Shown in pieces: positions 57,400-64,000 of a stretch of DNA of 64,000 nt (the stretch's first letter is position 1; every line of letters begins with the position of its first letter). The DNA is from Candidatus Thorarchaeota archaeon. GTDB lineage: Archaea; Asgardarchaeota; Thorarchaeia; Thorarchaeales; Thorarchaeaceae. Location: contig CP070761.1 of assembly GCA_020348985.1 (NCBI GenBank), positions 1,856,905 to 1,920,904 on the forward strand, given 5' to 3'. The translations under genes and the position numbers were made by a program. The notes under the pieces are model-generated. The model ran no database searches, was not told the DNA's origin, and saw nothing but the letters and a program-made list of their open reading frames with translations.

Positions 57400-59727
57400 A
57401 TGAGGGCGTCAAGAATGGACACTGACTTGCAATCATACACACTTCCAGTCAGTGCTATCCGGAGTGTCCGAACCCCTAGCGGACTCACCATGGAGCAGGC
57501 TGTGCCAGATACTTATGTGCTCGCCAACTTCGTTCTTAGAGCTCTATTGGAACGGAATGATCGCGAGATCGAGTTCATCGTGAAGGCTTACCTTCCAGTA
57601 AGTGTGATCAACTACTTCGACGCAAGAAAAGTCCTATTGGTTGAGCCCTTAGGATTCACCTCGACATCCTTCAAACTCTTGACCCTCTCGGATTTCAGGA
57701 AAACCCAAGACAGTGTTTCTGAGATCAAGTCCCCCTCCATTTTGGTCCAAGTCATGCGGGAATTGGCCGATGCAGTTTCCTCAAGTCCTAAACCCAAACC
57801 TATGACTTATCCTGGCCTCATTTCTGACCCGCTCGCAACTAGATTGCTGCAGCTGGAAACGTGGCCCACCGTAGAAAGATCAGAACCTCACTCCGTTGAA
57901 TTACCGGCACTTGTTGAGAAGAAACAGGCTGAGGAAGCGTTTGACAACCTGAGGATGTCCATCGAAAGCCTGATTTCGGCCCGCAAAACTCTTCCTGAGA
58001 TTCTCGACGTAGTACGTAAGAAGGTTGACACCTTCCTTGGCTCAGTAGACACCGATCAGGTTGACACCATTGCTCGACTGGATGCGCGCATAGAGTCTCT
58101 CTCTTCCACTATAGATGATTTGAATTCTCGTTATGCTAAGCTGAAGTCAGCTGGTCAAAAGAAGGAGGCACAGGAAGTCGCTGAGATCATGAAGAAGAGA
58201 GAATCCGCCCGGGAAAGAGACAAAGAACGAGTTGCAGAGCTTGTGTCTTCTCGCGAGTCGCTCCGAAAGGACCTTGCCACAAGTCTGTCCAATCTTGAGA
58301 AGAAGATTGCGATGATTCTTCCAGCAATTGAGTCTTCTCTCAAATTCCTTGACTCCCTGCCAGGTCTGTCCGCATCTTCAGGTCAGTCCTTCAGTTCAAC
58401 TACACTAATGCTGCCGTTCTTCGTTGTTGGCTTCTCAGCTAGGGGCAAACTCACCATCTCTGTTTATCCTCCGTCCAAGCTAGAACAAACCAGCGAAAAA
58501 CTAGGCAGGCGAGTCTCATTCATTGATTCTCTTGAAGTTGCTTCTCCTAGCGTCGAGACAGTCAGGCAATGGCTCTCAGAAGTGCTACGAGATGACCTCA
58601 CTCTGAGGGAGTTTCTGAGAGAGTCATCGCCAGAGCACAATCTCCTGGCGGTCAAGACAACTAGACGAATGATTAGATCTGGGGCTGAATCACTAGTCTC
58701 AGAGGGTTTGCTGAAAGAATCAACACTGTCAGATATCGATTCGCTCCTTGAGGGTGTGCCTGAGCGTGAGGTTCGAATGAAGGTACCTCGGAAGAAAATC
58801 AAGGATGAGAATGCGTGTAACGTTCGATTCCTCGCAACTGACGAAACAGGAGCGCCTGTTGAATCTGCTAGGCTTGAGATCGGAAATGTGCGTCTTCGCA
58901 CAGATTCTCAGGGAATGATCAGGGTACTTCTTCCTCTCGGATATCATGAAGGACTCATTTCGCACGAGGATTTCGAAAGATTATCTGTGGACTTCACACT
59001 TGACTCAATTGACGATGTTGTCATCCCAGTTGTCCTGAGACGCCTACCTTCCGAAGACCGATTAGACAGACAACTCGACCGTCTGATTGAGCGTGCCGAC
59101 CGCATTGACAAGATTCGTGAGAGGCTGTGGGAGGCCTTCCAAAAACAGGGTGAGACTCTGGTAACGATTCCAGCTTACAGAGCCTCTTTGTCGGAACTTC
59201 TTAGCGAGCTTGGATTTGAACCGGAGGCTTGGATTGCCAAAGCCTCCAAGAAGAAGGGCATGGTTCGGAGATTGCTCAAGCGTGATGATAGAAAGGCCGG
59301 CCTGCGCAGAGACATCCTGAGGCTTGCAGAAGAGTCGCGTCAGGCAGGCGGACTAATGCTAATGTCCGAGTTTCTCGTTAGACTTGACGATCTAGGTTGG
59401 GATGCAGGGCATGAGGAAGTCTATGGAATTCTTGACGACATGTCTAGGGAAGGGCTCATAGAAGGAATAGAATCCATTAACGGAGGTGCACGTTTAGTGA
59501 AGTTCATCCCTGTTGAACTCACGGATGATCCACAGAAGCTATTGGGCTTGGCGACTGAGAAAGACGGTCGACTTACAATCGAGGCAGTCGTAGTTGAGCT
59601 GGGGTGGCCAGAGGAACGTGTGGAGATAGCCATGAATTTACTCGTTGAGAAGGGAGTAGCAAAGATCCAAGAGAGCTACTCAACAAGTACTGTCTACTGG
59701 TTCCCCGGTCTCCGCAGAAAGAAATAA
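57400..59727 (+). CDS. Coiled coil + beta-sandwich + ESCRT-II (EAP30/Vps22/Vps36-like) tandem winged-helix fusion
   Basis: C-terminus LLSELG..P, GGLMLMSE, IPVELTDD...LL, LGWPEERVEIAMNLLVEKGVA and YWFPGL matches the Vps22/36 pattern. The central DETGAPVESA...TDSQG resembles a carboxypeptidase-regulatory-like beta-sandwich. Confidence 0.8.
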   Translation: MRASRMDTDLQSYTLPVSAIRSVRTPSGLTMEQAVPDTYVLANFVLRALLERNDREIEFIVKAYLPVSVINYFDARKVLLVEPLGFTSTSFKLLTLSDFRKTQDSVSEIKSPSILVQVMRELADAVSSSPKPKPMTYPGLISDPLATRLLQLETWPTVERSEPHSVELPALVEKKQAEEAFDNLRMSIESLISARKTLPEILDVVRKKVDTFLGSVDTDQVDTIARLDARIESLSSTIDDLNSRYAKLKSAGQKKEAQEVAEIMKKRESARERDKERVAELVSSRESLRKDLATSLSNLEKKIAMILPAIESSLKFLDSLPGLSASSGQSFSSTTLMLPFFVVGFSARGKLTISVYPPSKLEQTSEKLGRRVSFIDSLEVASPSVETVRQWLSEVLRDDLTLREFLRESSPEHNLLAVKTTRRMIRSGAESLVSEGLLKESTLSDIDSLLEGVPEREVRMKVPRKKIKDENACNVRFLATDETGAPVESARLEIGNVRLRTDSQGMIRVLLPLGYHEGLISHEDFERLSVDFTLDSIDDVVIPVVLRRLPSEDRLDRQLDRLIERADRIDKIRERLWEAFQKQGETLVTIPAYRASLSELLSELGFEPEAWIAKASKKKGMVRRLLKRDDRKAGLRRDILRLAEESRQAGGLMLMSEFLVRLDDLGWDAGHEEVYGILDDMSREGLIEGIESINGGARLVKFIPVELTDDPQKLLGLATEKDGRLTIEAVVVELGWPEERVEIAMNLLVEKGVAKIQESYSTSTVYWFPGLRRKK

Positions 59728-59771
59728 GATGCAGGTTCAGACGTGCATTTCTGCTGAATCTTCAGCCGGGA

Positions 59772-60587
59772 ATGGGAAGGAGCAATTACTCTATGAACAA
59801 GCTTTCTCACATGATTTTTGCGATTTCACTCTTTGTCGGCCTCTACTCTCTAATCTACACGTTCAGCGTGTGGAGGTCTGGTGTTGGCCAAATCGTAGAC
59901 CTATTGGGCTATTATATTGCAGGTGGTGTAATTGCTACAGTCGCAGCAGTGCCAATACTCCTCTACCGCGCACCGCACAGAGAAATGGGTGCGCGAACTA
60001 CTAGCAACAGAAGCTCTGCGGCTGCCCTTGCATTTGTCACGTTCTCGCTAGGCTCTCTGTTTGGAAGTATCGTCTATCAGTTCATTTCGGGAGTGCCAAT
60101 CATTGGCAACATCTCAATCTTCATTGGCTGTCTCATAATGTTGACCGGCGCCTTGATGCCAGATTGGGACATTCCATTTCTGGGAATCTCTAGGCACCGC
60201 AACATCATCTTTCACTCAATAGTGCTTCCTATGCTTGTCGTATTTGGCATGATAGTCAATGTCGCGACAACCATCTTCGAGTACTCATCATACCTGATAG
60301 GTGCGAACGTTGAATACTACATCACAGCGCTCTTTCTTCTCGGCTACGCATCACATCTATATCTGGACATATTCCCAAGTGATGCCAATCCCTTTGAGAT
60401 TCTATGGAAAGCTGCCAATCCCTACGATGATGCCCCGACTGGACTCAAGCCCCTTGGGCCAATCAAGATAACAAAGAGAAGTGCGCGTGGTTGGCTTGTG
60501 GGAAACGCGACCGTGCTTTTGGTCGTCGCGCTAGTATTGCTGGGACTCTACTTTGTCAATCTTCCAGAACTGACATTCTCGCCCTAA
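59772..60587 (+). CDS. Membrane-bound metal-dependent hydrolase (YdjM-like)
   Basis: SH, MPDWD, HRNIIFHS and GYASHLYLD in a multi-TM protein. Confidence 0.8.
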   Translation: MGRSNYSMNKLSHMIFAISLFVGLYSLIYTFSVWRSGVGQIVDLLGYYIAGGVIATVAAVPILLYRAPHREMGARTTSNRSSAAALAFVTFSLGSLFGSIVYQFISGVPIIGNISIFIGCLIMLTGALMPDWDIPFLGISRHRNIIFHSIVLPMLVVFGMIVNVATTIFEYSSYLIGANVEYYITALFLLGYASHLYLDIFPSDANPFEILWKAANPYDDAPTGLKPLGPIKITKRSARGWLVGNATVLLVVALVLLGLYFVNLPELTFSP

Positions 60588-60850
60588 TCCCATTCATCGT
60601 CGGAGTCATCGTCAAAGCTATCGATGTCTTCTTCGTCATCCTCGTCATCTTCAAAGAGGAAAGATGTGTCATCATCGACCTCGTCGTCCAATAGGTTTCG
60701 GCTCTCTGCCATGCCTTTCTTCGGTTCATCAATTGCCATACAAACAACATCAATTGGATCGAAGGACTCGCATTCAGGACAGCATTCGCCCTTGTTTGTG
60801 CACGAATAGAATGCACCACACCTTTTGCAACACTTGAGTTCCGACAACAC
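60584..60850 (-). CDS. Small Cys-rich zinc-binding protein with an acidic tail
   Basis: CCKRC...C...ECCPEC...C followed by an Asp/Glu tract. Start refined to GTG 60850 after AGGTG. Confidence 0.7.
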   Translation of the reverse strand: MLSELKCCKRCGAFYSCTNKGECCPECESFDPIDVVCMAIDEPKKGMAESRNLLDDEVDDDTSFLFEDDEDDEEDIDSFDDDSDDEWD

Positions 60851-61007
60851 TTCGGCACCTATGGTCAGAATTTCTCCATACGACCCCCGAATATTGACAA
60901 ATAAAGTGTTCCTTGAGGGCCTTTGTGGACACAAACGTACATCTGTTGAAGCTTCTCAAGTTAAGGTTAAATGGCTCCCTCAATGCAAGATATCTGAGCT
61001 GATACAT

Positions 61008-62741
61008 TTGGATGATCTTGAGCTCACTGTGCGAATTGCAGTCTTGGAGAATGCTATCAAGTATAATGGCAAGCCAAGTGGCAAGTCAGTCATGAGTGCG
61101 CTGATGGGCAACAGAACAGAGCTGAGGCAACGAGCTCAAGAAGTGAAAGCAATAGTTGAGAAGGTTGTCACTGAGGTTAGTTCTCTGACACTGGAGCAAC
61201 AGCGTGTAGAGCTATCTGAGATTGCACCTGAATTGGTTGAAGTTTCTGATAAGTTGGAGGAAGAAGAGAAGGAGCTACCTCCCCTCCCCAATCTCGAGAA
61301 ATGGTCAAAGATTATCATGCGACTTGCACCATTCCCCTCTGGTCCGCTTCATATTGGTAATGCCAGAATGGTCATCCTTAACGACTATTATGTTAAGAGA
61401 TACGACGGAGAGCTCATACTTGTCTTTGATGACACAATTGGTTCAGAAGAGAAAGTAGTTGAGCCGGATGCGTATGATCTGATTCCTGAGGGCTTGGACT
61501 ACCTCGACGTGAAGTGCCATCGTACCATCTACAAGTCAGACCGCCTTGACCTCTTCTACAAGTATGCAGTAGACCTCATCGAGCGAAGAGAAGCATATGT
61601 CTGTGATTGTGATGCAGAAGTATGGAGAACCAAGCATAAGTTAGAGATGAAGGCGTGTCCATGCAGCTTCCTATCTGTCGAAGACAACTTAGCTCGCTGG
61701 GAAAGGATGCTTGACGGTTCATATCCAGAGAGGAGTGCCGCGGTCAGACTGATGACGGGAATGACTGATCCAGATCCCGCTATGCGTGACCATGTAATTC
61801 TACGCATATCGGATGCAGAACATCCTCGAGTCGGCGCGAAATATCGCGTTTGGCCACTTCTCGAGTACTCATGGGGGATAGATGACCACGAGCTTGGAAT
61901 ATCGCATATAATCCGCGGAAAGGATCTCGTCAAGGAAGGAAAGATTGAGCAACACATTTGGAACATATACGGATGGCCCCATTCGGAGCTGATGTACTAT
62001 GGACGCATCAGATTCCAAGATGCCAAGCTCAGCAAGAGCAAATCCAGGAAGGAAGTCCTTGATGGGGTGTACAGTGGGTGGGATGACCCAAGAACTTGGA
62101 GTCTGCAGTCGCTTGAGAAACGTGGCATTCATCCTGATGCATTAAGAAAAGCGATGCTGGACCTTGGGCTCAGTGTAGTAGACATTTCTATGTCGATGAA
62201 GCCCGTCTATTCCGAGAACCGCAAGATTAGAGATGAGCAAAGTCCACGACTCTTCCTCGTGTTGGATCCTGTTTGGCTCTCAATCTCAGGCTTGCCAACG
62301 AGTGTTACAGAGGTTGAAGCGCCAGTTCATCCTGACTTTCCTGAACGCGGAGTTCGAAAGATACCATTGAATGTCAAGAAGGGAGCTGTGTCTCTGGGTG
62401 TTTCAAGTACTGACTTCCAGAGAATAGACGAAGGAGAAGTCTTCAGATTGAAGGACTTGGCCAACTTCACGATGCGCAAGAAGAAGGCTCCGAGTGCATT
62501 ATTCTACAGTCTGGACGTCGATGATGTTAGGAGAATCAGTGGCCCAATAATCCATTGGGTACCAGAGAAGGAATCCATTCCCATAGAACTTGTCATGATT
62601 GATGGCCATGAGGTAGAGGGTGTGGCCGAACCAAGCGCCAAAGGTCTGAAACAAGGGACATTCCTTCAATTCGAGCGTGTTGGCTTCGGCAAGGTGTTTG
62701 AGGACGATCCAAAGATTCGCGTAGCATTCTCTCACAAATGA
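61008..62741 (+). CDS. gltX: Glutamate--tRNA ligase (archaeal type)
   Basis: RLAPFPSGPLHIGN, FDDT, HIIRGKD, KLSKS, GWDDPR and QFERVGF. Start refined to TTG 61008. Confidence 0.95.
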   Translation: MDDLELTVRIAVLENAIKYNGKPSGKSVMSALMGNRTELRQRAQEVKAIVEKVVTEVSSLTLEQQRVELSEIAPELVEVSDKLEEEEKELPPLPNLEKWSKIIMRLAPFPSGPLHIGNARMVILNDYYVKRYDGELILVFDDTIGSEEKVVEPDAYDLIPEGLDYLDVKCHRTIYKSDRLDLFYKYAVDLIERREAYVCDCDAEVWRTKHKLEMKACPCSFLSVEDNLARWERMLDGSYPERSAAVRLMTGMTDPDPAMRDHVILRISDAEHPRVGAKYRVWPLLEYSWGIDDHELGISHIIRGKDLVKEGKIEQHIWNIYGWPHSELMYYGRIRFQDAKLSKSKSRKEVLDGVYSGWDDPRTWSLQSLEKRGIHPDALRKAMLDLGLSVVDISMSMKPVYSENRKIRDEQSPRLFLVLDPVWLSISGLPTSVTEVEAPVHPDFPERGVRKIPLNVKKGAVSLGVSSTDFQRIDEGEVFRLKDLANFTMRKKKAPSALFYSLDVDDVRRISGPIIHWVPEKESIPIELVMIDGHEVEGVAEPSAKGLKQGTFLQFERVGFGKVFEDDPKIRVAFSHK

Positions 62742-62804
62742 CTTGCTGTCTGCGGCCAAAGAGATGATATAGAACCTTGTTCAAAGAACTAGAAGTGATG
62801 CTGG

Positions 62805-63554
62805 ATGGCAAAGAAGAAGAAGTCATCAAAGAAGAAAGCGATCTCACCGTCGCTATTCAAGGTCACAGGACCTGATGCCAAGCTGAAGGTTACTGCGAAA
62901 AAGAAGCTCTACTACTTTGGACCAAAGGTCAAACCGGAGAAAGCAAAGAAACTTGCTGCGGGAACCGGCTCAGAGATATTCGGAGTTTCTGGGAGTGCTC
63001 TCAAGGTAGGTACGCCTACTCTGAAATACGAGTTTTACATCAATTGTGACTGCACCGCTGAGAAGAAGTTCCTTTCAGTCCGTGGGCAAGAGATTGGTGT
63101 GCAGGATGAGATGGTCGCAGCTTTGGTTGGAAAGACTGTCATCACTCCAAAGAAGGCGAAAGAACCACCCATGAAGAGAATAGATCTAGACATCATAGAA
63201 CTATACGAAGCCAAGCGAACGGATACCATGGTCTATGATGGAAGAACCGGCAGTCCAGCAAGGGTAATGGAGAAGATCGTCAAAGGCGCTGGAAAGAAAG
63301 CCGCATCTGCCTCATGGATTCGGAAGGCCAAGATTGCACCAGGGAAGTTCAATTCCCTTGAGAAGTTCTTGAAAGTCTACACAAAGAACGCATCAGTTCG
63401 CCCCAAGTCCGTTAAGAGAACCACTGAGCAGACTCTCAACTTCAAGAAACTCGAAGGACACTATGTGCCAACGTACTATGTGAAAGTCGCCGCTGGTGCA
63501 GATTCACGTACGTTGAGGGTCAATGCGATAAGCGGAACTGTGGCGCTGGCATAG
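62805..63554 (+). CDS. Basic hypothetical protein
   Basis: Lys-rich 249-aa ORF; C-terminal YVPTY...VNAISG beta motif. Confidence 0.7.
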   Translation: MAKKKKSSKKKAISPSLFKVTGPDAKLKVTAKKKLYYFGPKVKPEKAKKLAAGTGSEIFGVSGSALKVGTPTLKYEFYINCDCTAEKKFLSVRGQEIGVQDEMVAALVGKTVITPKKAKEPPMKRIDLDIIELYEAKRTDTMVYDGRTGSPARVMEKIVKGAGKKAASASWIRKAKIAPGKFNSLEKFLKVYTKNASVRPKSVKRTTEQTLNFKKLEGHYVPTYYVKVAAGADSRTLRVNAISGTVALA

Positions 63555-63604
63555 CTGCCCTGAATGTTTGGCGAGGATGTCCTTCAGAGTCAGAGGGTAG
63601 TCGT

Positions 63605-64000
63605 TTGTATCAGTTCTACAGGCCCTCCGGGCGAGTATTCGTGGACCGGGAAGATTACATTGAGTGGATGAAGGAAGCCTTGGAGCGATGCAGCCACGAA
63701 AAAGCGCTGTTATACATCTACGGCATTGGTGGTATTGGAAAGAGTGCACTCTTTCGCTACTGGGAATCCTCCGTTACAACTGACATCTTTGTTGATTGCG
63801 GAACTCACGTTGACTTCTTCGAAAGAATTGATGCAGTTGCGAAAGGAGCTCAGCGGCTGGGCATTAAGCTTCGCAGATATGATACGTTGTGGCATTTGAG
63901 GCAACGATTCGTCAAGGGGGTTGAGCCTGCGAAGGCAAGTAGCAGAGGGTGGGCATTGGAAATACTCTCGGCTGTTCCTTTCATAGGTTCACTGGGGGAT
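63605..64000 (+). CDS. Partial STAND-like NTPase, paralog of 44289..47402 (runs off the window end)
   Basis: TTG start after GAGGGT. MYQFY...VFVDREDYIEWMKEALERC...GIGGIGKS...RYDTLWHLRQRFVKGVEP...PFIGSL aligns with the N-terminus of the 44-47 kb protein. Confidence 0.85.
   Translation, partial: MYQFYRPSGRVFVDREDYIEWMKEALERCSHEKALLYIYGIGGIGKSALFRYWESSVTTDIFVDCGTHVDFFERIDAVAKGAQRLGIKLRRYDTLWHLRQRFVKGVEPAKASSRGWALEILSAVPFIGSLGD

Noticed and set aside
60825-61007. N-terminal extension of gltX overlapping the divergent Zn-finger ORF
   Set aside because: Both tracked ORFs are over-extended; family similarity begins at about 61008 and 60850 respectively.

Overview
A gene-dense archaeal chromosomal segment, most likely from an Asgard archaeon (Thorarchaeia-like). 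This assignment is inferred from archaeal housekeeping genes (gltX, eS25, AOR, a histone-fold protein) together with several eukaryotic-signature proteins: ESCRT-III/Snf7, an ESCRT-II Vps22/36 domain, a longin-small GTPase fusion, a uDENN/longin-like protein and a presenilin-like protease. I found no rRNA, tRNA, CRISPR array or transposase. Main points of interest: (1) two tandem DapA-family aldolase-Fae (formaldehyde-activating enzyme) fusions. Their Fae halves are degenerate in complementary ways and their aldolase halves lack the DapA arginine, which suggests a heteromeric formaldehyde-channelling aldolase. (2) A ChlI-like AAA+ ORF and a membrane-anchored vWA ORF joined by a clear -1 frameshift cassette (A9 run plus hairpin). 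(3) A membrane-trafficking-like cluster at 54-60 kb (SHOCT coiled coil, longin-GTPase, uDENN-wHTH, B-box-like zinc finger, coiled-coil/Ig/ESCRT-II fusion), with a free-standing paralog of the fusion's N-terminus at 20-21.5 kb. (4) A tandemly duplicated non-coding TATA-hairpin-terminator unit at 4.7-5.1 kb. (5) An eS25 with a long histone-H1-like repeat tail. All family calls come from motifs recognised by eye; no database searches were run.
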